A stretch of DNA of 49,546 nt, the filler included, from Catajapyx aquilonaris (taxonomy: Eukaryota): assembly GCA_000934665.2 (NCBI GenBank). It is 3 parts of 3 records of this genome, joined end to end, with 100 filler letters (N's around TTAATTAATTAA, not from the genome) between each part and the next. Parts side by side here need not be neighbours in the genome. Positions count along the whole stretch, not along the records: positions 16,588 to 32,973 come from JYFJ02007185.1; positions 33,074 to 49,546 come from JYFJ02007186.1; 1 more part is not named here. The stretch is one strand, 5' to 3'. The notes beneath the pieces are model-generated. The model was not told the DNA's origin. It searched no databases and saw only the letters and a list, made by a program, of their open reading frames with translations. Position 1 is the first letter of the stretch. Every line of letters begins with the position of its first letter. Position numbers and translations under genes: made by a program. Positions 25,327 through 36,418 of the stretch are shown one piece after another.

Positions 25327-28300
25327 ATGTCGCCCCCAGAGGTTCTTCTCCTGGTGCTCTTGGCCCTCCTGGCCTCGAGGGCTACCCTTGCATACGGTCA
25401 GTGTCTGAACAAGGCTCACTCATGGAGCCTGCCACCTATATGGTTATTACGACTTTTTTTTAAATATGTATGTTTCATATGGGGCAATAGTGAAAAAAGG
25501 TGCAATTTCATATCAAAAAAATTAATGCCAATGTCCTTTAAAGAAATAATTTAAAAAAATTATTACCTCTGGTGTTCCCACAAAAATAACGGCAGAGATT
25601 ATAGACTTATAATTCACATTTTTTATAAATTATAAAAATGCTGTATCTACAGCTGTATACAGAGTCTACTTGGCCTTGACAAACTAAGTATGGCACAGGG
25701 TGTCGAACCGAACCAAGTGACTAGCACAGTTCCCAATATAATTGTACGTAATACTTCAAATCGCTTCAAATGCAATGAAACAAGAAATGTGTAAATTCAG
25801 AGTATACTCGAGACCTATCCGTATGCTTACATCTGACAATAAGTAGTGTACAGCTAAGAGTGCATTCGAAACATGGTATAGATGGTTCAAACCATTCAAA
25901 TAGGTTATTAAAATCATGTCCTTGAACATCTGACCCCACCTAGGGGCACCTGTGGATGGGTAGTGTCCACAGTAGTGACAAACTCCCGGTTTATTCTGCG
26001 TAAAATGTGAGTTAACAAACTTTTAGTTCAAATGAGTAAGCTCTTTGTACCTAATGGCACACGTACTTGAGCAAAAATTGAAATTTGAACTGCTTACCTA
26101 CATTTACCATGTGCCACAGACGTGACGCACTGATCTCGACACTTCACTAAATTTGCCGTTTAGAGCAGAATATTACACGCCTTCAAGCAACCAACCCAAC
26201 AGGTTTTTGGTTCAGCTTCTCAATATGGCTGCATCAGCAAGCAAAAAGACAAAAATCCTGCATGGTGCTGCTTCCTGGACAAAATTACTCTTGCAATAAA
26301 ATCGATGCAATTTGGAACTTCAGGACAAAGAATGCACTAGCCTTTACCTTCAGAATTCCTTTCTCCATTACTCTAATATAAAAAGTGAAATAACATCTTA
26401 TGCCTTGCATAAAAATTGACAAAGCTACGAAAGTGAAGGTTGGGACAAGCCACGGACGTGTCATGTCATGCTTGCTGACCTAAAGAAAAATATGAAAGAA
26501 TTTTCTCATTACATATTTGTTATGTGCCCCGTATTCCACAAGTTGCAATCTTATTTCTTTGTATGCTATCTGGTTTTCAGATGTTATATTAAGTCCAGAA
26601 ATTAGCTGGGACATGAAATTGCAGGTTTTTTCCCTATTTACCCATATACATACTTCTCTTCTCTAGCACAAGGTGAAGCCTCTGCTGGTGATGGAGCGTC
26701 AAATGGTACCGAACCTTCTGCTACTATAACCCCTCCTGGTGATGAAGGGTCAAACAGTGACAAACCTTCTACTACTATCCCTACTACAATCCCTACGACA
26801 ACCCCTACTGCAACCACTACTGCAACCCCTCCTACAACCCCTCCTGGTGATGAAGGGTCAAACAGTGACAAACCTTCTACTACTACCCCTACTACAACCC
26901 CTACGACAACCCCTACTGCAACCACTACTGCAACCCCTACGACAACCCCGACTACAACCCCGACTACAACCCCTACGACAACCCATACTACAACCCATAC
27001 GACAACTCCTACGACAACTCCTACGACAACTCCTACTGCAACCACTACTGCAACCCCTACTACAACCACTGGATCTGGACCTGGTGAAGCTCCTAAATGG
27101 CCACCGAATGTTTGTGGAGATTGGACGTACAAGTCAGGTGGTAAGTCATGAGTGTTTCACTTATTGCATCATTGACAAGCACACTGTGTTGATGTTCTTT
27201 CCAGTGGATAAACCATCACGAGATGTGTGGGGCATAAAAGGCAAAAAGGAAGGCTACCTTCGATGGCTGCTTGATGGCTGCGACTTTCATGACAAATCTT
27301 GCAAACCATCACCATTCAAGAACATTGAGTATGCCCGATTTGACGGTTACGGCAACAGCAGAGCATTTCCAGAAAGAGGATTCGCAAGTGAGCCTTCATT
27401 TAGAAAAAGTCTTATAAAACGGCTGTGTCTGTCTGTCTGTCTGTGGACAGATATCAGACCAGACAGACAGACAGACAGAGACTTGCTGTAAGACTTTCTT
27501 TTTCTTCGATTTTCGTGTTCCAGGTTCACTCGATCAGCACCATTCCCCTGGCTGCCCCCTCCCTCCTCCTACCCCCTGATACTCCACCAACAAACAATGC
27601 AGGCTGAAAACTGTGATTCTCATGCACAATACCAGTAAGCATGAAAAAGTCTACCGTACTCTATAATCACGCTCACGTGATTTGCCAATCTTGTTTAATG
27701 CCAGTATCCATCAGAAGGGGATACTTTACACAGTTTTGAAGGTCTTTGGCTTCCCATTAAACCTGGAACCGTGCTGTACCTACGAGTATTACGGCAACCG
27801 TGCCTTGGGGTCTTTTCGGACCCCACCATATTTTAATTTTTATTAATTATTATACAGGGTGTTTATTGTAACTCTGCAAAGACTTGCAGGGGTAATAGAG
27901 GGGACCAAGACAAACATTTTTGACATAGGAACCCATGTCCGGAAACGCCATCTAGAGGGGGTTAATAGACGAGGAACGGGTGCGCTCAGACGCGTCACGC
28001 GAGAGGCACTAGTCGAGCGGACTGTTTTGTTGATAGATGGCGCGCAGGTGTTGCCAGGTTATGTGGTATCGTGTCGTTGTAAGTAAACAACAACGCGATA
28101 CGCCATAACCTGGTAACAACAGAACCGCTGTTGACTATCCGCGCATCTCCTAGGAGGCGGACTTTAGTTGCTAGATGGCTCTGCTGTTGCCACGTTATGG
28201 CACATCGCATCGTTGGTTACTATCTGAGCGCCATCTATCAACAAAACAATCCGCTCACCTAGCACCTCTCGCGTGACGCGTCTGAGCGCACCCGTTCCTT

Positions 28301-28808
28301 GTCTATGAACCCCCTCTAGATGGCGTTTCCGGACATGGTTTCCTATGTCAAAAATGTTTGTCTTGGTCCCCTCTATTACCCCTGAAAGTCTTTGCAGAGT
28401 TACAATAAACACCCTGTATAATACTTTTCAATGTATTGACTAAACTTATAGGCAAACTTATATATACAATCATTCTTTGAACAATGCCTAAAAGGATCGC
28501 TAATTCAAAATAAACCTGCACTTCCTGTTACATACTGTAAAAAAATGGCAACCATTTCATTGTAATGATCATTTTAATCGATTTTAATGCATTTTTTTTC
28601 CTTGGGGTCCAAAAAGACCCCACGGCACGGTTCCAGGGGTGATTATGATGAGTGAGATTTTCGGCAATGCAGAATGCCCTGGGATTCGCAAGGAATTTGT
28701 ATGAGGAAATACGAAAAAAAGATAGTGTCTGTGTGACAATCTTTGTTGCTGTAGGGCGGAGGTGGGCCGCAGAGAGAGGTTAAAAAATTTCAGGGGCCTC
28801 ATCTAACT

Positions 28809-28894
<86 letters not shown>

Positions 28895-31800
28895 TTATGG
28901 ACGGCCTGGGAGATCATCCCTTTTGCCGGAGAGAACTTGCCAGTTGCCAAATGTAATACATACAGTGTCACGTAAAAGAAAAAAAGAAACAACAAACACC
29001 AACAAGGTCAATGTCAGCGACACAATGTTACGAACGGCTAATCAGAGTAATAACACAGGCGAACGAACAAAAACTAAATTATTACCATGCATATTGGGCA
29101 AAATTAAATCAAGAAAGATGGCGTAGGATTTGAGCTTTATTTGCTCTATACCTCCCTTTTTCTGCTTCTTTGGAACAACAACCAAATATACTTCTTCTCA
29201 AGGAGGTCATAGAGATGTGAATAAAACAGGAGAGAACCCAATGGGGGAAAGCTAATGGGAAGTGGGATTCATTTAAATATGTTGGGCAGTGTTACAGAGC
29301 AAATAGTACAGTACAATTTATGTATTGGTGGATGACTGGTGGCTGAGGATGGATGACTAAATTGATGATGTTACTACTGTATTTTGTTCAGCAATAAATG
29401 GGGGGGAAGGGCTGCAAGGCCACATATTGTCTTGGTCGGTCCAGAATTTCCATATTAGTAATAATAATAACCGACTTTAATCATTTGCCTGTAATGTGAT
29501 GGATTTTGATAGTGGGTGGAAACGGGAGAGCCCCAAGAAAACCCACGCGAACACGGAGAGAACCCATCGAAGCTCTATCCACATAAGAATCCTCCGTCCG
29601 ACCCGGGGATCGAACTCTGGACCTTAGAGGTGGAAGGCTGCGGCGCTAACCACTCGGCCACCGTGTCGCCCATTTCCATATTAGTACAATTTATGTATTT
29701 GGTGGATCGGGATGTCTACAAATAGAAAAAAATAATATGTCTGGGGGGAGGGATGGCCGTGTCGACATGTGGTTTTTTCTCAGTGCGTCAAAAAATGGGC
29801 TAACATATAACATGTTATGAAGAAGAATAAGTGGTTCTTTTAAATATTACATAGCGTGCAATCTGTCTCTTTGTTAAATTGAATTTTGTAAAAATTTATA
29901 TAAACCCAATATGAATTGTTTCGAAGGTTAGCCATAAGTCTGAGTGAATTATTGGGAGATTGGAATTGAGGTACGTTTCCAGATATGGGGGAATCTTTGA
30001 TTAAAAAATAATGTGCATATCTCTTGGACTTCTTCAAATCTGAAAAATCTCTTTGTATAAAGCATCCTCAAAAATTTCACGGCCTCATCTAACAAAAGAA
30101 ATTTCAGCTTATAAAAAAGTTTACAACTATATATCCATAGTTTTAAATGAACTTCCATTAATAAACTGAGAAGTTTGGACAGGCCAGAAAATGCTGCCTA
30201 ATGTAGTTCCACCAACAGACTGTAGCAGAGTCACACAATGACCTCCAGATTAGGCGGGTAGATCCTCACATGTGCCAGTCAAACATCAGCAGTGCTCAAT
30301 GATTTGCTTCTCGTGGAATCATGACGTCACCCATCCTGCAACCTAACTTTCCCCCCGATTTGTGTACAGTGTCCCCTTCTGACGGGTACCTGAAAATATA
30401 TGACCGTACTGTATGATAGTAAGACATGGCAGTTAGATAAAGGGCAATGCACACTCTATGAATGCTAAAGTGGTATGCGGTAAAATATGGCCTTACTAAA
30501 TCAGAATGACTTCTCATTATAATTATTATTGTCTGCAGGATCAGCTGTGAATCAGGTGATTGTCTACAATTATGGAGACAAAGAGTCTGCAGCAAACACT
30601 GAAGGCCTCCCAAATCCATTGGAAATCAGCAGCAGGTTGTTTGGATCTGAAAAGAAGGGAGGAGCATCCATTGGAGGAACAGAAACGGGAAGAACAGTCC
30701 TCCTGCATTATTTTGGTGAGATTGTTGTTGGCGAAATATATGTTACTCGTAGTGATTAAGACATTTGCCCGTTAAATTAATGAGACTCGACAGAAATATT
30801 AGGAAATTTAAGTGCCGCTTACTGGTTTTCAGAAGCAAATCAGTGACCATGTGTCCATCCATCATTATTTTCACATCTGTAGGCTTAATTATTTATTACA
30901 CTGGTTATTAGGATACCCGTTCTTCCCATGGGAACTGATGAATTTATAGTAAAAATGGTTAAAACCTGCATATTCAGTGAGCTAAGTCAGAGGGTCTGAA
31001 AACGCTCTGTGCTCAAATGTTGTTACTTGGGGCCAGCACAATAATTTCTCCAAAACAAAGGGGATTTCCCCCCCCCCCCCCCAAAGTGATATGCCAGGGT
31101 ATATGTGCAAAAGGAGTTATTCCAAAGTGTAATGTTGTGCCTTTATTGTGGGAAATTTGTAATCTTTCCAATCATTTTCATAATCCTTTCGCATATTATT
31201 TCATTGCTACATTATGGAGCACATTGTCACCTGTTGTCTTCAGACAGGTTGTCATTTTTTTCGCTTTGTCCAGTAATAACTCTGGTTTGTTGGATTTTGC
31301 CACGTTGTGACTTGTTCAAATAACCGTAAAAACTGTTTAAAATCTTACTCACTCCCTTCCAGTGTGGCTACTCTAAAAGGTAGGGAATGTGAAGCTCTGC
31401 ATGCTCTCTGTGTACAAATTCAGCTGCAGAGAAAATTCTGATATGTGATCTGCCTACATTATATTAGCTACTTGGCAAGACAATAACGTATCAGAATATT
31501 TGTAAATATATTGTTTCAAAAAAAAAAAGTTCCAATCACAAATTATTCAACTGGGAAGAACAGGTACCACTGCTAGTTTCCTTCCATTAAAAATATCTAG
31601 AGGTGGGTTAGGGGCATTTCCATGATGCATCCGTCCGTTCGTTACACAAGTTTTGACTACATGCACAAGTGTATTTTATTATAACAATGCCAGGATGCAT
31701 GCACTGCATGCTTAATCCATTTCATGCAATGTGGGTGTATTGTTACAATAAAATACACCAGTACATGTCTGCAAAACCTGCGTTACGAACGGACAGTATG

Positions 31801-32973
31801 TCTGTGTTTGCGTGGAAATGCCCTTAGGTAACCCAGACAAACACACATACATAATTATGGTACTTTCCTGTTTATACTGTGAGAGATTCATTTTCTGATT
31901 ATTATTTGACCACATCACCTTACACAGGGAAATATGTAGTCGAGGAGATTCTGAACAGTCGTCAGGCAGCATGCCCTATGGAGTACTTGAACATGGACAT
32001 CGACGCTAGCAACACTCATTGGGCCAATAGTACTCAGCAAAAGCAGATGCCATTCAAGAGGACCGCACATGACCCTACAACTGGAACCAGCATGTACAAC
32101 CAGCGTCGGCAGCTTAACCTGGTGACTCCCTGGATTGATGGCAGTGCTGTTTATGGGACTTCTCGCATGTGGGCCAATGTGCTGAGGACACAGCACGATG
32201 GCAGCGTGGACCCAGATGGGAAGCTGGCCACTGATCCATCCGGAAAGTACCCGGAGTACAACTGGATGCGATTGCCCTTTCGTAACGACCCGTCAGCAGT
32301 CAACCACTCGTTCTTCCGGGTGGAGAAGGAAGGCTTTTCAGCATCCCGCCTTCGTGGATTTGGACATGTCAATGGCAACGAGAACCCAGTGATTTTTGCC
32401 ATCTCGACACTGTGGTTTCGCTGGCACAACCAGGTGGCACAGTACCTCAGGAAAACCCATCCGCACTGGCCCAGCGAGATAGTGTTTCAGGAAGCACGCC
32501 GCTGGGTCATTGCTACGATGCAAAGCATCTTCCTGTACGAGTGGTACCCAGCAACCTTCCTGAAGCCCCTCCCGGCTTACGAAGCTTACAAATTTGTGGA
32601 GGACCCACAGATAGAGGCAATGGTGGCAGCTGCCGCCCTTAGATACGGACATTTGCTCATTCCCCCAGGTCAGTTGCTTTTGAAGGACATCTGCTAAAAA
32701 GGGAGAAAATAATGAAATGTGTATGTATATATTGCAGTGATCAACATGATGCACCCAAGCCGCGAATTCTGCAAGTTACAACCATACAGCATAACTGGTA
32801 ATATTAGTGTCGGAGGTGTCCGCTTGTGCCAGAGCTACTGGTTGGGACAGGATGTTTTCCTGCAGGAGTTGGACTCTCCTACTGGACAACATGACTCGGT
32901 CCTTCCAGACCACGTCTTCTTGGGAGCAGCCACCCAAAAGCCCATGCCTTCTGGCATGAAAATGAATGACGAT
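25327..32973 (+). CDS. Duox: Dual oxidase-like gene, 5' part (signal peptide, Thr/Pro mucin-like repeat, peroxidase-homology domain); 6 exons, 3'-truncated by the gap
   Basis: In-phase exons 25327-25396 (MSPPEVLLLVLLALLASRATLAY), 26667-27140, 27205-27387 (EYARFDGYGN), 30539-30715 (PNPLEISSRL, RTVLLHYF), 31928-32668 (CPMEY, MPFKRTAHDPTTGTS, TPWIDGSAVYG, LWFRWHN, FQEARRWVIATMQSIFLYEW, RYGH), 32738-32973 (VRLCQSYW). Confidence 0.9.
26726..27072 (+). repeat. Coding 12-bp minisatellite (TTTP/TATT units) plus a duplicated PPGDEGSNSDKPS block
   Basis: Repeated actacaacccct/acgacaacccct/actgcaacc units; cctcctggtgatgaagggtcaaacagtgacaaaccttct occurs twice. Confidence 0.9.
27402..27500. repeat. Short fold-back with (GTCT)n/(AGAC)n core, related to the centre of the 34962-35537 element
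   Basis: agaaaaagtctta/taagactttct arms; shares aaaaagtc(t/c)ta..aacg and gtctgtggacag.tatca with 35197-35295. Confidence 0.55.
27761..28638. mobile_element. Outer TIR element into which a mariner-type MITE is nested
   Basis: Left cctggaaccgtgc...ggggtcttttcggacccca mirrors right tggggtccaaaaagaccccacggcacggttccagg. TTAA is present on the left only. Confidence 0.55.
27855..28416. mobile_element. Tc1/mariner-type MITE with ~190-bp TIRs and TA target duplication
   Basis: TA|CAGGGTGTTTATTG...CAATAAACACCCTG|TA. The ORFs 27859+ and 28412- translate almost identically, confirming the long TIR. Confidence 0.9.
28813..28893 (+). repeat. (AAT)n microsatellite
   Basis: Read directly. Confidence 0.95.
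29461..29671 (-). mobile_element. Full-length tRNA-derived SINE with V-domain-like core, (TTA)n tail and 15-bp TSD
   Basis: Minus strand: A box tggccgagtgg, B box gagttcgatccc, core gttctctccgtgttcgcgtgggttttcttggggctctcccgtttccaccc. ATTTCCATATTAGTA is duplicated at 29446-29460 and 29672-29686. Confidence 0.85.
29810..30160 (-). mobile_element. Possible degenerate LINE 3'-end fragment
   Basis: Broken frames with CTLCNI*..HLFFFITC, resembling the CCHC knuckle at the end of non-LTR ORF2; no RT motif seen. Confidence 0.35.
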
Positions 32974-33073
32974 NNNNNNNNNNNNNNNNNNNNNNNNNNN
33001 NNNNNNNNNNNNNNNNNTTAATTAATTAANNNNNNNNNNNNNNNNNNNNNNNNNNNNNNNNNNNNNNNNNNNN
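32974..33073. other. Assembly gap (100 nt) with artificial TTAATTAATTAA linker
   Basis: Same construct as 16488-16587. Confidence 0.95.
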
Positions 33074-34961
33074 GCGAGGTCCCGCGACGTGGCGGCTATC
33101 CTGAGGCGAGCTCGCCAGCTTCTGGCGACCTAGCGGCAAGCTCGCGGCTAGGTTAAATTTCGGTAAGGGTTCTGACTCACGGGCACTTGATGTCAGTGGT
33201 CGGACCGATTAAACCCCCCGGCAACTCAATAAAGGATGAAACAATAGATACATGACATTTGAAGTTAATACTTTAGAATGATAACCTCTATACAAGTAGC
33301 TGTGCAAAAATGACTGCTTAAAATATGCAACTTAGTGCCAAAAAATTTCTAATCGCTACAAACAATTCATTTGGAACACGTAGTTTTATTAATAATTTTC
33401 CTTGTGCTCGCAATTAAAATCTTGAGTGAATATCGCATGTTTTTTTTGAAATATCCGACCGGGTTAACCATATAAAGAGGTAAGTCGGGGGAAGACGCCG
33501 CAGTTATTTACGACTTAACGTTAGTGCAGAAGCAAACCTAATGGATCAATCTCAATACCACTATTGAAAATATCTTGTACGAAGCCTTTGTCTGTTAGAT
33601 GACGTGCTCAAATGATGGCAGTTAATTTCACAATTTTTCGATATTTGGACCGGTTTAATAAATTGATCCTGCTGACTCCATTTGGGTGTGGGAGAGGAGG
33701 GGCTCTCTTTTAGCATCGGGAGAGATTCGTCACATCTCAGTCAGTATTCCTTATTAGTGTGCCACCAAGTGTGACTTATAAGCTACTAGATTCCCGTATA
33801 GCTATTACAATTAATTGAGAAAATGTGTATGCAATCATAAAACCATTACATACCGTATACCTTCTAAGATTATTGAGTGCTAGATAAACAATGTTTTAAT
33901 GCAACTGTCTGTAATGGACATAGATTTTTGTCACTAAGCAGTTCATTAAGAAGCAGATACTTTCGAAGGATTTTTTTTTGTAGCTAATCAAAAACACATA
34001 TCACAGGAAAGGCCCAAGGCATGGGGCGCCAAGGTGTGACTTGACAAAAATTGGCCGCCAGGGAATGCCTCTAGGGCTCTAGCCATCCTATATGACCCTA
34101 ATCTATAACGTTGCTTATGTTTTCCTCTAAAATATTTGCGCGATATGCAACACTAACTTGATGATTGTGTGATGGTAAGTACGAATCCGTTATAATATGC
34201 AACAATCGCAATTCTAGGCGACTTGCAGTGAGCAGTAGTCGATCTGCGATCTGCGATATTTTGATGTATCGCAGGCAATGTAATATTGATGCCACATCGA
34301 TTTTCGGCATAAAAATCCGGATATTAACATCCCTTGCATTACAGTGTGAGTATAGGAATATATACAGTATTATGCCTGTGTTGAAATCGCAACTGAAGTA
34401 ACCGCACACCTAATGGCAGTATGTCTTATTGGCGCTTTCTTTCCCATTTGTTGTGAACATCATTATCAAGATTTATCACGTATGATTTCAATATGTGAAG
34501 AGTACTGTATATCTTACTATATCAATATTCTTTCAGTACACTTTAGGAAGCGACACATTTATATACAGTATATTATTGCGCCACGCCACACCGTTGCGTT
34601 GCTGAGTGACTTATGTTTAATTCCGGTGTCTAGGAGTCTCCACGAAGAAACTCGCTTGATGGTATATTCCTTCTGTGAAATGAATCCTTCAGGGAACTTC
34701 ATGTCGAGGTGTTCCTAGAAATTAATGTCTTCTAATGACAGCTCTCATAAAATATGAACAACCCAGATACACATAGGGTCATTCACCAGGGAGTAAAGGC
34801 TTGTGTACAATATTCACAAGGTGCTGTACACTCGTGCAGCCTTTATGATTTGTTGCCTTTGAGCAGGAGTATATCGCGTAGCCACTTAGTTACCGACTGC
34901 ACAGTACATTGTAGGTTTAGGAAGTTCTCTCCCGATTCTTTCTTCCTATGGGTTGCTTCTG

Positions 34962-35537
34962 ACAAGGGAAGGTCACGGGGTGATGATGACGGATCTTGAT
35001 GAAATTTAACATGCTAATACAGGACAATATATTATACCCAAAAATGAAATATTTCGTGCGGAGGCCCATATTTGCAAAAGTTATGACGTCTTAAAGTTCC
35101 AAAAATAATACATTTTCATTCATGATGGGATTACATTAGCGACCACATATAATGACATTGAAGTGTGTAATCAGTTTCTACACTTTTTCTCATTGGAAAA
35201 AAGTCCTACAGAACGTTTCTGTCCGTCCGTCCGTCTGTGGACAGGTATCAAGGCCTAAACCGCAAGAGATACAGAGCCGTTATGTAGGACTTTTTTCCGA
35301 TGAGACAAAGTGTAGAAACTGATTACACACTTCAATGTGGTCTTATATGTGGTCGCTAATGTATTCCCATTATGAACTCAATGAATATGTTTTTTTTATA
35401 CTTTAAGACGTCATAACTTTTGCAAATATGGACCTCCGCATGAAATATTTCATTTTTGGGTATCAAATATTGTCCTGTATATTAGCATGTTAAATTTCAT
35501 CAAGATCCGTCATTATCACCCTGTGACCTTCCCTTGT
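34962..35537. mobile_element. Fold-back element with ~250-bp inverted arms and a ~70-bp (CCGT)n-containing spacer
   Basis: acaagggaaggtcac...aagtcctaca (34962-35210) mirrors tgtaggactt...gtgaccttcccttgt (35283-35537). Confidence 0.88.
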
Positions 35538-36348
35538 GAGATGAATAATACACATCTTCTTCCCCATTACCCACCTTTTGAGCTGAGAACTTGTGCAGTG
35601 CACCACCCTGTATACTCTATGTACAGGCCTACTTTCTAGCAGATTAGCTCGGACGTGTGTTTTGATCAACATTCCCCAATAATATTTAATTGAATAATGC
35701 CATGAAAGCGATCTGATTTTCAATTGCTTCTCGAACAGGCTCAATAATTTCCTCTTCGGTCAGACAAATCCCACAATTAGTCTCTAAAATAAATGTAATG
35801 ATACGCCCTTTATAATAATATCAGATCAGGCAAGCTACACCCAATCGCCTGTCAACCCTCCATGAGACAAAGCATCAAAACCAGCCTTTCCTTTCACTTC
35901 AATATTATACAATCCGCCATGACGTGACAAATATACAAAAAGCGTGTCATGTGCGAATTTCCAACATAAAAAGTCCTTTTAATCAACATTAACCTTTGAC
36001 CATGAAGGGCGTGGGGGTGGGAAGAATTGGAGAACTAAGAACCGTTTCCAACTTGCCAGCTGCTATATACACGCTGTTCAATCGATAAGCCTGCTCAGGC
36101 ATGCAATCGGGCAATTTGCGTGGGGATTCAGAGCTGAACAAGCGGATGCTTTTTGGCTTCTGAAGGTCGCTTCGGGTTATATGACGGGACCTTTTTTTGG
36201 TCCATAGTCACACCTTCCACAGGAAGGGAATAATACCCAGTTAGGTACTGTACATAGCTGGTTACAATAAACAAAAAAAATTGGGCACAGATTCGCCCAC
36301 TACTTTGTTGTTGATGAACAGTGAGGAAAGGGATGGGTGAGGCCTGAA

Positions 36349-36418
36349 ACCTCTGCTGGGAATCGAACCCAGGTCCACGCTGTCTGGAGCGTGCGTTCTG
36401 CCATTAAACTACAGAGGT
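36349..36418 (-). other. tRNA-like sequence (SINE head or tRNA pseudogene)
   Basis: Acceptor stem acctctg/cagaggt, D-arm gttt/gaac, T-arm ctggg-ttcgatt-cccag; the anticodon arm is irregular (acgct-ccagac-agcgt, 6-nt loop). Confidence 0.6.

Noticed and set aside
26739..27204. Leu/Gln/Pro-repeat start of the 250-aa ORF and the antisense Val/Gly ORF
   Set aside because: Wrong frames of the Thr/Pro repeat exon; splice phases support the TTTP frame.
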